Shown here: piece by piece, positions 40,186 through 50,032 of the stretch
How positions within the stretch are numbered: position 1 is the stretch's first letter
How the letters are laid out: each line of letters opens with the position of its first letter
IMG/VR virus record: IMGVR_UViG_3300044811_000050
Direction: 5' to 3' (one strand)
Source of the DNA: a virus
DNA: 64,000 nt
The notes under the pieces: model-generated
The model's database searches: none
What the model saw: only the letters and a program-made list of their open reading frames with translations
Told to the model about the DNA's origin: nothing
Position numbers and translations under genes: made by a program

Positions 40186-40341
40186 ATGATGGGTTTCCGG
40201 AAGTTCGGTGAAGAGCAGAGAATCATTCCGGTGAAGGAAGACGTTGACCCGCAGGGGATCAACGTCACCGCCGCCAGGGAAGACGACGAGCGGGTTTCAC
40301 CCGAGGAGATCCTCAGAGAGGGGGACGACGAGATTAGATGA
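40186..40341 (+). CDS. small acidic hypothetical protein
   Basis: GAGGG RBS; stop overlaps the next ATG. Confidence 0.5.
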   Translation: MMGFRKFGEEQRIIPVKEDVDPQGINVTAAREDDERVSPEEILREGDDEIR

Positions 40342-41162
40342 GCGTCACCGCCATGAAGATCACCCAGCGGCCCGTCCCGATGCACTACGTCGAGACGCCG
40401 CTGCTGTCCGGGCTCGGGCCGGCCAATTGGTCGACCTGTACCGAGCTGGTTCCGGACCCGGTGATCATTCATGACGGCAACTTCTACTACCGTGCGCTGG
40501 GGTTCGCGTGGCCTTTCCTGGGGATCACCCGGGCGATGCTGCGGGACGCCTACCAGGAACGTGGGGGACCGGACGACGAGTTCATGACCTACGCGTTTAA
40601 AAGGCTCTGGGATACCGATTACCGGCGGTGGTACTCCCGCCTGGAATTGGGTGACGCCGACATTGACGAGTATTTCTGGACGAGGGTGCGACTGGCTGCC
40701 GCGCAGGAAGCCGCGAGGCGTTCCGTAGAGCAGCGCAGGATCGTAACCAAGTCCGAAGTGCTCGACAGCTGGGGTATCGCGCACGGGGATCACGAACCGA
40801 TTGAACCGGTCGTCGATGGGGGACGACCGGCTGGCGATGGCCAACCCGATGAAGAACTGTCGGGAACGCCCGATACGGTCCGCAGGCCGTGGGCGTGGGG
40901 TTACTACCGCTGGCGTACTGACTGCTCGGAAATCGAGCGGTTGGAGCGCTGGCAGGTGCTGCTACTGACGGCGGCACGACGGGCGGGGCTGCGGACCCAC
41001 CTGTGTACGGGCTTCGTGGGGCAGGTTCTCCAGGAGGTGATCACCGGCCGCCTCGGCGACCACTACGTGATCTTCCTTCGGGCGGACGTTCAGCCCACCG
41101 AGGAGCTGGCGACCAACGCGGTCGCCACCGTGATGATGTTGTTGACACATGACAGGAGTTGA
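40338..41162 (+). CDS. protein with degenerate J-domain-like region
   Basis: FYYRALG..LRDAY..AFKRL.D..RRWY resembles a DnaJ J-domain but lacks HPD. Confidence 0.55.
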   Translation: MSVTAMKITQRPVPMHYVETPLLSGLGPANWSTCTELVPDPVIIHDGNFYYRALGFAWPFLGITRAMLRDAYQERGGPDDEFMTYAFKRLWDTDYRRWYSRLELGDADIDEYFWTRVRLAAAQEAARRSVEQRRIVTKSEVLDSWGIAHGDHEPIEPVVDGGRPAGDGQPDEELSGTPDTVRRPWAWGYYRWRTDCSEIERLERWQVLLLTAARRAGLRTHLCTGFVGQVLQEVITGRLGDHYVIFLRADVQPTEELATNAVATVMMLLTHDRS

Positions 41163-42289
41163 TGATGGTCGATATTAGGGGCGCGATTGCTCAGGGGGCC
41201 GATCAGGCCGAGCAGATGGTCCAGGACAACAGGCCCGGAGGCAGCTTCGAGAAGACCGACTGGTTCGGCCTGGAGGACAAGGAAACGATGATCTTGCGTT
41301 TCCTGCACGACCACGACGAGTGGTACAGCGTGATGCAGCACGTGTTCACCGCCACCCGCCCGGCCCCGCCGGACTACCCGGCGGACCGCACCTGGCCCAA
41401 GCAGATGGGCGCGGTGTGCCGCAAGACCAAGCAGTTCGCGCCGTTCTTCCCGGACGGGTGCTACATCTGCGACCACATGCACGAGGTCCGGCCCAACCCG
41501 AAGACCAAGAACAAGAAGTGGTTCCCCGCCGTGCGGCTGTGGGCCATCGCCGTGGTGCGCGAGGAGGTCCGGGCCACCAACGCCGCCGAGGCCGAGCGCT
41601 ACGGCGTGGGCGTCGGGCAGGTGGCCGGCTACCGGGACGCCGAGATCGAATCCGACGAGATCGGCGAGGACGGCAAGCCCACCGGCAACAAGGTGATGAA
41701 GAAGCGGACCGTCGTCGTAAATATGGCGTGGAAGAACTTCTACAGCCCGCTTCAGGGCTACGCCAACGTGTACGGCACCGTGTTGGACCGGGACTACCAC
41801 ATCACCCGGAAGGGCTCGGGTACCGACACCGACTACATGATCGTGCCGATGAACCCGATCACCCGGTCGGACGGCACCGTGCTGGACCTGCGCACCACCA
41901 TGGAGGTGGTCGGAGGCAAGGAGACCGGGCGGACCCGCAAGCAGGCCTACCTGGAGGACTTCTCCCCCGACCCGATCCAGCTGATCGAGGACCGGCTGTC
42001 CGACGACCTGTTCGACAAGTTCTTCGACGACCGCCACGCCTACCCCGAGTTCAAGGGTGGCAACAAGGAGGACGGCGACAAGGGATCCGCGCCGGCCGCC
42101 GGCTCGTCCCAGAACGGTGCGGCGAAGGAGGCCCCCTCGGAGGCCGACCAGCAGGGGGTCAAGGACCGCCTGGCGGCCATGCGCGCCCGGGTGAAGGGCG
42201 ATCACGTGCCGGCCGCCGAGGAGGAGCCGCCGGCCGAAGAGAGGCAGCCGGCCACAGTCGCCGCCGGCCGACCGAGCGAGTTCGACTAG
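41162..42289 (+). CDS. single-stranded DNA-binding protein (gp32-like)
   Basis: ILRFL, H..C..CYIC zinc ligands, YHITRKGSGTDTDY and an acidic tail; lies just before the polymerase. Confidence 0.75.
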   Translation: MMVDIRGAIAQGADQAEQMVQDNRPGGSFEKTDWFGLEDKETMILRFLHDHDEWYSVMQHVFTATRPAPPDYPADRTWPKQMGAVCRKTKQFAPFFPDGCYICDHMHEVRPNPKTKNKKWFPAVRLWAIAVVREEVRATNAAEAERYGVGVGQVAGYRDAEIESDEIGEDGKPTGNKVMKKRTVVVNMAWKNFYSPLQGYANVYGTVLDRDYHITRKGSGTDTDYMIVPMNPITRSDGTVLDLRTTMEVVGGKETGRTRKQAYLEDFSPDPIQLIEDRLSDDLFDKFFDDRHAYPEFKGGNKEDGDKGSAPAAGSSQNGAAKEAPSEADQQGVKDRLAAMRARVKGDHVPAAEEEPPAEERQPATVAAGRPSEFD

Positions 42290-42303
42290 GAGCACCCGGC
42301 CGA

Positions 42304-42335
42304 GGGCGTCCGTCTGAGCCACCAGACGGACGTCC
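42304..42335 (+). terminator. stem-loop between SSB and dnaE
   Basis: GGGCGTCCGTCTG-N6-CAGACGGACGTCC. Confidence 0.5.
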
Positions 42336-42350
42336 CGGCCCGGTGTCGGC

Positions 42351-45300
42351 ATGAGCTACCGACTGATCGAGCAGCGTCCTGATCAGCACGAGACACCCGC
42401 CGAGGTAGGAGGACGCACCTACCCCGTGCCGTCCATCGTTGAGGATGACGATGGGCTCCGGCTACTGCTGACCCGCAATCTGTGGGTTCCGGTTGACCTT
42501 TGGACCTGGGCGAGCGCTTCTGGCGCCGTCGCCCTGATCAACGTCGAGCGGATGCTCTACGTGCTGGCCAGCGACTTCGCCGAGCACCACACCGAGAATC
42601 CGAAGATGCGCGGGCTGGTGCTCGCGGAGAACCATTGGCACCCCTACCGGCCCGGGATGACCTACCTGGAGATGGCCGGGGTACAGCACACCGACCGCCA
42701 GGACGCCGCTCTGGCCGCGCAGGGGCTGGCCGAGGAGGACCTGGAGGATCTCGGCGAGTTCGTGCACCTGCACACCCACAGCGAGTACTCCCCGCTGGAC
42801 GGGGTGACCGGCCTGGACGACATGATGAAGATCATCGTCGATGACGGGCAGCGAGCCATCGCGGTCACCGACCACGGCAACGTCGCCGCGCACCCGGCGC
42901 TTCAGCTGGCCGCCGACAAGGCCGGTGTCCGGCCGATCTTCGGCATGGAGGCCAACTTCGTCGATGACCGGACGGTCAAGGGCGCCGAGGTACGCGGCGC
43001 CTACTGGCACCTGGTGCTCTGGGCGATGAACGACACCGGGCTGCGCAACCTGTGGGCGATGTCCACCGAGGGCTACGGCGAGGAGGCCTTCTACGCCCGG
43101 CCCCGGATCGACTGGGACACCCTGGAGCGCCACGCCGAGGGCGTGATGGTCTCCACCGCGTGCGAGCGCGGCCCGGTCGCCCAGCCGTTCCTGGACGGCA
43201 ACGAGGAGCGGGCCCTGGCCAACCTGGGCCGGCTCCAGCAGATCTTCGGTGACCGGCTCTACGTGGAGATCCACACCAACGGTCGGGCGGAGACCCGGCG
43301 GGCCAACGAGTGGTTGGTCAAGATCTCCGAGGACCGGAACCTGCCGATGGTCGCGGTGGTGGACAGCCACTACGGGCGGGCCTGCGACCAGCACACCCAT
43401 CGGGTGTGGCTCTCGGTGCAGACCAACGACGACGTGTCCGACGACAACGGGCTGTTCGGCGGTGGGCACGACTACCACCTGATGACCGCGCAGGAAGTCC
43501 GGGAGGCGCTGAGCTACCTGCCCGGCCCGGTGGTGGCTGAGGCCATGCACAACACGGTGCGGGTGGCCCGGCGGTGCACCGCGAAGATCGAGCCGCAGGT
43601 GCACCAGCCGGTCTACTCCAAGCCCACCGACGAGTGGCCCGACCCGGTGGCCCACGACGTGGACCGGCTCTGGGCGATGGTCATGGACCGGTGGGCCGAT
43701 CGTGTGCCCACCAACCGGGATCAGGACGCCTACCTGGCCCGGGTGGACCGCGAGATGACCCTGTTGGTCAAGAAAGGCTTCTGCGGCTACTACCTGATGG
43801 AAGCCGACCTGGTGAACTGGGCCAAGGATCACGGCATCCTGGTTGGCCCCGGCCGGGGCTCCGGCGGTGGTTCGTTGATCGCCTTCATCACCCGGATCAC
43901 CGAGATCGACCCGGTGGAGCACGAGCTGCTGTTCGAGCGGTTCCTGACCGAGGGCCGCAACTCCCCGCCGGACTTTGACATTGACTTCCCGTCCTCGAAG
44001 AAGAGCGAGCTGTTCGACTACGTGGCCGAGCGGTGGGGCGCGGAGAACATGGCGATCGTCGGGACCCACCTGCGGCTGAAGAGCAAGGGCATTCTCAACG
44101 ACATCTCCCGGGCGTTGAAGAGCACCCTGCCCGAGGACTACTACGTCGACTTCCGGAAGATCGCCGAGATCGTGAGCGAGGCCGAGGCGGGCACCGCCGG
44201 GCTGGGCATGTCCTGGGAGGACCTCTGGATCCAGCACGGTGACCAGCTCGACCCGTACCGGGAGAAGTACCCCGAGGTGTTCCGCTACGCCGACGAGCTG
44301 CACGGCAAGCTGAAGACCTTCGGCACTCACCCGGCCGGGGTGATCATCTCCACCGAGGGCTCGATCGTCGACTCGCTGCCCCTGCGCCGGGGCGCCGAGG
44401 GCGGGCCGATGGTCTGCCAGTTCGACATGGAGGCGCTGGACCGGCTCGGTTACGTCAAGTTCGACCTGCTCAACCTGCGCACCCTGGACACCCTTCAGAT
44501 GTGCGTTGATCTGATCAAAGAGACTACCGGGGAGTGGGTGGACCCCTACGGCTGGCGGCACGACGAGCAGTACGCCGACCCGCAGATCTTCGACGAGATC
44601 TCGGCCGGCTGGACGCTGGGTATCTTCCAGATCGAGACCCAGTCCGGCACCCGGCTGACCCGCCGGTTCCAGCCGCAGACGGTGGCCGAGCTGGCCGATG
44701 TGATCACCCTGGTCCGGCCCGGTCCGATGCGCTCCGGGCTGACCGAGACCTACTTCCGGCGGCGCAACGGCGAGGAGGAGGTCAACGTCCCGGACCCCCG
44801 ACTGGAGCCGGTGCTGGTCAAGACCAACGGCTGCATGCTCTACCAGGAAGACATCATGCGGATCTGCATGGAGCTGGCCGGCTACGACAGCAACGAGGCC
44901 GACGAGGTTCGGAAGATCCTGGGCAAGAAGAAGGTCGACAAGGTCGCGGCGGCCGGCTCCCTGTTCGAGACCCGGGCGGTGGAGAACGGCACCGACCCGA
45001 TGGTGGCGCACCTGCTCTGGGAGCAGATGGCCGAGTTCGCCAAGTACTCGTTCAACCGGGCGCACGCGTTCGCCTACGCGATCTTGGGGATGTGGACCGC
45101 CTGGTTCAAATTCCACTACCCGATCCAGTTCCTGTGCGCGGCGCTGTCCACGGTCAAGGAAGAGCGGATCGCCGAGTTCGTGGAGGAAGCCCGGCGGATG
45201 GGCTACAGCATCCAGCCACCGGACATCAACGAGTCCAAGGCCGGATTCACCGCCTCGGCGATGGCGGTCCGTTACGGCTTCCTGTCCATCAAGGGGATCG

Positions 45301-46133
45301 GGGAGTCGGCCTCGGATGCCATCCTGGCCGGTCAGCCCTACACCGGCTGGGAAGACTTCCTGGAGCGCAAGACCAGCAAGTGCAACTCCGGGCACGTGCA
45401 GCTGCTGGCCCAGATCGGCGCGTTCGACTCGCTGGTACCCAACCGCCGGTGGCTGCTGAAGCTGCTGGAGATCGACAAGATCGCCGGCTCGGACCGGTGC
45501 CAGCACAAGACGAACGAGCCGGTACTGATCACCGGGCAGCTGTCGGTGGGCGAACCACCGGAGCCGGAGACCCAGCTGCTGCCGTGCGCCTACGACTGGC
45601 CCAGCGAGCCGCGCGAGCCGAGCCGGCAGGCCGGCCGGTTCAAGAAGGCCAAGCCGCTGCCCAAGAAGTGCTTCCGGGGCTGCCGGCAGTTCACCCCAAC
45701 CGCGCCGCCCACCTCGGAGGAGGTGGCGCCCTTCACCGACGAGGACATCCGTCGGATCGAGATCGACACACTCGGAGTTTTCCTGTCCTCCACCCCGTTC
45801 GACCGGATCCCCGAGGAGGACCGGGCGGCGTGCTCCACGGCGGTGGAGGTGCTCTCCGCTGAGCCCGGGGAGTACATCGTGCCGGCCCTGATCCGCACCG
45901 TGCGGCGCACCAAGGACCGCCACGACCGGGACATGGCGTTCGTCAAGCTGGCCACCGAGCGTGGCGAGCTGGAGGCCGTGGTGTTCAGCGGTGAATACGC
46001 CCGCTACCACAAGATGCTGACCGCCGGTCGCCTGGTGTTCGCCGCCGTGAAGAAGACCTACCGGGGCTGCAATCTCACCCTGCTGGAGGACCTAGACACC
46101 TCCACCGCCAAGCAAGGAGAAGATCACCAATGA
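42351..46133 (+). CDS. dnaE: DNA polymerase III alpha subunit
   Basis: FVHLHTHSEYS.LDG, TDHG, GPGRGSGGGS, PDFDIDF, KFDLLNL, FNRAHA and C-terminal OB motifs; no intein seen. Confidence 0.97.
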   Translation: MSYRLIEQRPDQHETPAEVGGRTYPVPSIVEDDDGLRLLLTRNLWVPVDLWTWASASGAVALINVERMLYVLASDFAEHHTENPKMRGLVLAENHWHPYRPGMTYLEMAGVQHTDRQDAALAAQGLAEEDLEDLGEFVHLHTHSEYSPLDGVTGLDDMMKIIVDDGQRAIAVTDHGNVAAHPALQLAADKAGVRPIFGMEANFVDDRTVKGAEVRGAYWHLVLWAMNDTGLRNLWAMSTEGYGEEAFYARPRIDWDTLERHAEGVMVSTACERGPVAQPFLDGNEERALANLGRLQQIFGDRLYVEIHTNGRAETRRANEWLVKISEDRNLPMVAVVDSHYGRACDQHTHRVWLSVQTNDDVSDDNGLFGGGHDYHLMTAQEVREALSYLPGPVVAEAMHNTVRVARRCTAKIEPQVHQPVYSKPTDEWPDPVAHDVDRLWAMVMDRWADRVPTNRDQDAYLARVDREMTLLVKKGFCGYYLMEADLVNWAKDHGILVGPGRGSGGGSLIAFITRITEIDPVEHELLFERFLTEGRNSPPDFDIDFPSSKKSELFDYVAERWGAENMAIVGTHLRLKSKGILNDISRALKSTLPEDYYVDFRKIAEIVSEAEAGTAGLGMSWEDLWIQHGDQLDPYREKYPEVFRYADELHGKLKTFGTHPAGVIISTEGSIVDSLPLRRGAEGGPMVCQFDMEALDRLGYVKFDLLNLRTLDTLQMCVDLIKETTGEWVDPYGWRHDEQYADPQIFDEISAGWTLGIFQIETQSGTRLTRRFQPQTVAELADVITLVRPGPMRSGLTETYFRRRNGEEEVNVPDPRLEPVLVKTNGCMLYQEDIMRICMELAGYDSNEADEVRKILGKKKVDKVAAAGSLFETRAVENGTDPMVAHLLWEQMAEFAKYSFNRAHAFAYAILGMWTAWFKFHYPIQFLCAALSTVKEERIAEFVEEARRMGYSIQPPDINESKAGFTASAMAVRYGFLSIKGIGESASDAILAGQPYTGWEDFLERKTSKCNSGHVQLLAQIGAFDSLVPNRRWLLKLLEIDKIAGSDRCQHKTNEPVLITGQLSVGEPPEPETQLLPCAYDWPSEPREPSRQAGRFKKAKPLPKKCFRGCRQFTPTAPPTSEEVAPFTDEDIRRIEIDTLGVFLSSTPFDRIPEEDRAACSTAVEVLSAEPGEYIVPALIRTVRRTKDRHDRDMAFVKLATERGELEAVVFSGEYARYHKMLTAGRLVFAAVKKTYRGCNLTLLEDLDTSTAKQGEDHQ

Positions 46134-47179
46134 CCGCCAACAAGGCCGCCATCCGGGCGTTCGAGCAGAAGTTCGCCAAGCGCTTCGGCGAGCACACCCT
46201 GGTCCGCAACCGCACCCGCCAGGTGGTGAGCACCGGCTCGCTGCTGCTCGACCATCGCCTGGGCGTGGGCGGGCTGGTGGTGGGCCGCTGCTACGAGAGC
46301 TGGGGCGCGCCCAGCATCGGCAAGACCACCATGAACCTGCTGATGATCGCCCAGCAGCAGCGCACCTTCCCGGACCGGATGATCGGCTGGGTCGACGTGG
46401 AGCGCAGCTTCGACGAGACCTGGGCCAGGGCCCACGGGGTGGACATCAACCGGCTCTGGCTGGCCGAGCCGGACACCGCAGAGGAGGTGTCCGACCAGGT
46501 GCGGGACTTCCTGGACTCGGGGCTGTGCAGCTACGTCTGTGTCGATTCGATCGGTGCGCTGATCTCCCAGAAGGAGATCGAGAAGGATGCCGCCGATCAT
46601 GTGGTCGGCACCGTGGCGAAGATCGTCACTCGGATGATCCGGATGGCTTCGCCGGCCGCCAGCCGCAACAACGCGACCTTCCATGTGATCAACCAGGTGC
46701 GGGCCAACATCAGCGCCTACGGCCCGGACACTTCGCCCGGCGGTGGCTTCGCTCTCCAACACGGCACCACCGCGCAGATGCACTACAAGCCGACCGGCGA
46801 GTCCCCGCCGGTGATCGGCGCGGGCAAGGAACGCCAGGTGGTCGGCAAGGTGATCAACATCCTGGTGGCCAAGAACAAGGTCGCCCCACCGAACCGTTCG
46901 GCCATGATCACCCTGACCAACCAGCCGACCGCCGAGTTCGGTCCGATCGGGATCGACCGAGCGTCCGAGGCGTTCCAGCTCGCCGACCAGCTCAGCCTCT
47001 GGAACGAGCGCAAGAGCAGCTACTACACGCTGCTGGACGGCAGCCGGCACAACGGCCAAGACGCCGTGTGCACCTACCTGCGTGGTCACCCGCAACTGAT
47101 CGACGACATCCGCGAGCGAGCCCTGGCCACCGTGGCCGACACGGTGATTACCGACGAGCTGAAGGAGGGCACGGCATGA
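46130..47179 (+). CDS. recA: RecA/UvsX recombinase
   Basis: STGSLLLD..LG.GG, GAPSIGKTT, DVE, VDSIGAL, INQVR, PGG and KNKVAPP motifs. Confidence 0.95.
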   Translation: MTANKAAIRAFEQKFAKRFGEHTLVRNRTRQVVSTGSLLLDHRLGVGGLVVGRCYESWGAPSIGKTTMNLLMIAQQQRTFPDRMIGWVDVERSFDETWARAHGVDINRLWLAEPDTAEEVSDQVRDFLDSGLCSYVCVDSIGALISQKEIEKDAADHVVGTVAKIVTRMIRMASPAASRNNATFHVINQVRANISAYGPDTSPGGGFALQHGTTAQMHYKPTGESPPVIGAGKERQVVGKVINILVAKNKVAPPNRSAMITLTNQPTAEFGPIGIDRASEAFQLADQLSLWNERKSSYYTLLDGSRHNGQDAVCTYLRGHPQLIDDIRERALATVADTVITDELKEGTA

Positions 47180-47610
47180 TCGACCTGTTCAGCCTGATGC
47201 TGGGCGTCTACGCGGTGGCTGCGTGCATGGTGTTCGCCGGCCTGGTCGCGTTCGCCTGGCGCTGGGTCAACCGGCGCATGAAGCTCCGCGAGGTGCGCCT
47301 GGCACAGCCCGCGCCACCGGCGGGTGGCGGGCTCTTGGCGACGTTCTCCCCGGAGATCACCGAGCTACCCAGCGAGCAGCCCCGCATCGTGCCCTGCCTT
47401 GGTCTCCCGGAGCAGGTCGAGTACCACCCCGAGGATTACGTCGAACCGCTGCGATGCACCTTGGGGTTCCGCTGTGACGATGCCTTCCTCTCCGCCGGAG
47501 AGACCTTCACCAAGATCCCCTGGGTGGGTGACCCGCAGGGGCGCTTCCTGGTGATCTGCGCGCAGGACATCTGGCGGATGAACCCGGCCCAGGAGGTCCC
47601 CCGTGGCTAA
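47176..47610 (+). CDS. membrane-anchored hypothetical protein
   Basis: ATGA overlap; N-terminal transmembrane segment followed by RR; Cys-containing C-terminus. Confidence 0.6.
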   Translation: MIDLFSLMLGVYAVAACMVFAGLVAFAWRWVNRRMKLREVRLAQPAPPAGGGLLATFSPEITELPSEQPRIVPCLGLPEQVEYHPEDYVEPLRCTLGFRCDDAFLSAGETFTKIPWVGDPQGRFLVICAQDIWRMNPAQEVPRG

Positions 47611-47983
47611 GGACCCCACCACCCGGGATCTCTCGGACAAGCACGCCGACTACATCGCCGATCTGTTCGGCGCGCCGGTGCAGCGTGGCTCGGGCAACCA
47701 GCCCAACCGGCCCACCGACAACCGGATGCGGATCGGTCGGCACACCCCGATCGCCTTCGCCTTCGAGGGCAAGGCCACCCGCAACCGTTCGCTGTCGGTC
47801 TCGTTGGCCGACTGGCGGAAGGTGTGCGAGCAGGCCCACGGGCTGCGCCCGGCGATGGCCTACCGGTTCTACCGGCCGGACAACCTACTCGTCCCCGAGG
47901 CCGACCTGATCGCGGTCAAGGCTGACGACTTCGCCGAGGTCCTGGAAGGGGCCAACCTCTACGCGGAGATGAGGTTCCGGTGA
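47603..47983 (+). CDS. PD-(D/E)XK Holliday junction resolvase-like nuclease
   Basis: GSGNQ..D..EGKAT motif. Confidence 0.7.
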   Translation: MAKDPTTRDLSDKHADYIADLFGAPVQRGSGNQPNRPTDNRMRIGRHTPIAFAFEGKATRNRSLSVSLADWRKVCEQAHGLRPAMAYRFYRPDNLLVPEADLIAVKADDFAEVLEGANLYAEMRFR

Positions 47984-48735
47984 CCGCGATCCGGGACAGC
48001 TTCAAGGCCACCTTGCGGGCCATCCACGACGACAAGGTGCTCACCCCGATCACCCACGCGGTACTGCTCGATCCCAAGTTCAAGGGCTTCACCGTCGATG
48101 TGGAGGCCTGGACACCCCGGCCCTACGACGGGATGTTCCACCCGAGCACGCACGCCGAGTGGACCACCTTGCAGCTCTACTTCTACCTGACCCAGCCCAA
48201 CCTGCTGGAGGTCGAGCAGATGGGGCTGACCTCGGTGCTGGCCATCACCCAGGGCAAGTTCTGGCACAGCTTCCTGCAACTGCTCTGGCTGGCCCACGGG
48301 GTGCTCACTCAGGACGAGGTGCCGCTGCGGGACGAGCTGCATAACCGCATCGGGCACATGGACGGCAAACTGACCGACGGCGACGGGCTGGAAATCAAGA
48401 CGATCAACGACTTCAAGCTGCCCAAGATCTTCGACGCGGACACCCTGCGGGTGCTCAAGCCCGGCTACTACGCGCAGACCCAGGACTACCTGGACATGGC
48501 CGGGCTCACCGCGATGCGCTACTTCATGATCTCCACCAGCTACCCGTACCCGACCAGCGAGTTCGTGGTGCCCGCCGACCCGCCGTTCCAGGCCGCGCAA
48601 CGGGCCAAGTACCGCGCGGCCATCGACGCGGCGGCGGGCACTCGGGCCCTGCCGCAGCCTTGCTGCGCGCTGAAGTCGGCCCAGGCCCGGAGCTGCCCCG
48701 TTCGGGGCGCGTGTGACATCGGGAGGGCCTCGTGA
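47980..48735 (+). CDS. Cas4/RecB-like exonuclease
   Basis: FHPS, GHMDG, EIKT, AQTQDY and C-terminal CC..CP..C motifs. Confidence 0.8.
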   Translation: MTAIRDSFKATLRAIHDDKVLTPITHAVLLDPKFKGFTVDVEAWTPRPYDGMFHPSTHAEWTTLQLYFYLTQPNLLEVEQMGLTSVLAITQGKFWHSFLQLLWLAHGVLTQDEVPLRDELHNRIGHMDGKLTDGDGLEIKTINDFKLPKIFDADTLRVLKPGYYAQTQDYLDMAGLTAMRYFMISTSYPYPTSEFVVPADPPFQAAQRAKYRAAIDAAAGTRALPQPCCALKSAQARSCPVRGACDIGRAS

Positions 48736-49358
48736 AGACCCTGGATGACTTCGCCCCCGGTGCCGCGCCGACCCGTAGGCGGGCCAAGGCCAAGCCGGAG
48801 TGGCGCCCGCCGACGTTGGCCGACCTGTTCGTCTGCCGGGTGCTGGCATTTGACCCGTCGTTGAGCAGCACCGGCTTCGTGGACATGGAGTTCACCGGCA
48901 CCGAGCTGTTCGTGCACCACGGGGAGACGTTCACCGGCCAGATCCAGCCAAGCCTGACTGGCTGGGCAAAGGACTTCCATGCCGCTGAGGACCTGCGCCG
49001 GCAGTTCTATGACCGGTTGTCCCGCTACCAGGGGGTGGATGTGTCCGTGGTGCACGAGGCGCCCCCGTTGGGCGGCGGCAAGCTGGCTTCCCCCGAGTCG
49101 GCGATCCAGGCTTCGCTGATGCTGCGGGTGGCGGCCCACGATCTGGGGATGGCCGTGTTGCCGATGGTGCGCACCCAGGACCACAAGCGCCTCACGGTGA
49201 ACCAGGCGAACGCGAAGAAGCAGGACTACCACCGGCTGCTCAAGCCGCTCCTGGAGGAGCTGAGCCCCGGCTGCCTGTCGATCATTACCAACGAACACCA
49301 GCGGGACGCGGCCGGGGTCGGGCTTGCCGTCATGCTCAGAGGGAGGGTGGACCGGTGA
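48732..49358 (+). CDS. ruvC: RuvC-like resolvase
   Basis: LAFDPSLSSTG, VHEAP, AKK and HQRDA motifs. Confidence 0.8.
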   Translation: MKTLDDFAPGAAPTRRRAKAKPEWRPPTLADLFVCRVLAFDPSLSSTGFVDMEFTGTELFVHHGETFTGQIQPSLTGWAKDFHAAEDLRRQFYDRLSRYQGVDVSVVHEAPPLGGGKLASPESAIQASLMLRVAAHDLGMAVLPMVRTQDHKRLTVNQANAKKQDYHRLLKPLLEELSPGCLSIITNEHQRDAAGVGLAVMLRGRVDR

Positions 49359-50032
49359 ACGTGCGGGCCAGCGGCAAGACCGCTGATGAGGAGGCGCTCG
49401 ACGAGATCCGCAAGGACGTCGACAAGCCAGCCGAGACCGAACTGCCCGAGGAGCGCGAGCGCAGGTTCCGGTTTCCCGGCTTCTCCCGGATGCGCACCGA
49501 CTGGTACGGCGAGGACGCCATGACGATGACCAGGGTGCACACCACCGTGGACAACGTCATCAATGATCAGTTCAAGGACCTGCTGGCCATCCGCCAGGAG
49601 CTGTACGACCTGGTGCGCCAGCCGGAGATGTTCCAGGGCGCGCCGCGCCGGGACGTCTACGGCTGGATCGTCTGGGCGCGCGACGAGGACGGCAACTACC
49701 AGGAGGACTGGAGTCGTCTCGGCCACAAGGAGCAGGAACGGTTCCTGTTCTTGATCACTACCCGGCTGTTCGAGTGGAAGGAGCGCGAAGACAGGCTGTG
49801 GGCCGAGTCGATGATGGCCAAGACGCAATGGGAGGAGGCATTCTCCACCGGCTGGCAGGCCACCGAGGGGGCTCGCCCCACCGAGGGCGACAAGACCGCC
49901 AATGGGCGCTTGACCAGCCAGGAAGAGCGCTACTTCGCCATCTTCCAGACCTACCTATCCCGCCGAGGGGAATCCCTCGTGGAGGGGATGAAAATGTTGG
50001 CCCAAAGGATAAAAGACGTGCACACGGCATGA
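49355..50032 (+). CDS. hypothetical helical protein (possible recombination mediator)
   Basis: GTGA overlap, GC3 bias; function inferred from context only. Confidence 0.6.
   Translation: MNVRASGKTADEEALDEIRKDVDKPAETELPEERERRFRFPGFSRMRTDWYGEDAMTMTRVHTTVDNVINDQFKDLLAIRQELYDLVRQPEMFQGAPRRDVYGWIVWARDEDGNYQEDWSRLGHKEQERFLFLITTRLFEWKEREDRLWAESMMAKTQWEEAFSTGWQATEGARPTEGDKTANGRLTSQEERYFAIFQTYLSRRGESLVEGMKMLAQRIKDVHTA

Noticed and set aside
42462-46010. Long minus-strand ORFs (e.g. 1182 aa opposite dnaE; also 29387-31600, 18306-20540, 12736-14337)
   Set aside because: Antisense shadows of GC3-biased + strand genes; no motifs or RBS
47980-48735. Cas4-like gene as evidence of a CRISPR-Cas system
   Set aside because: No repeat-spacer array or other cas genes; solo Cas4-like exonucleases are common in phage recombination modules
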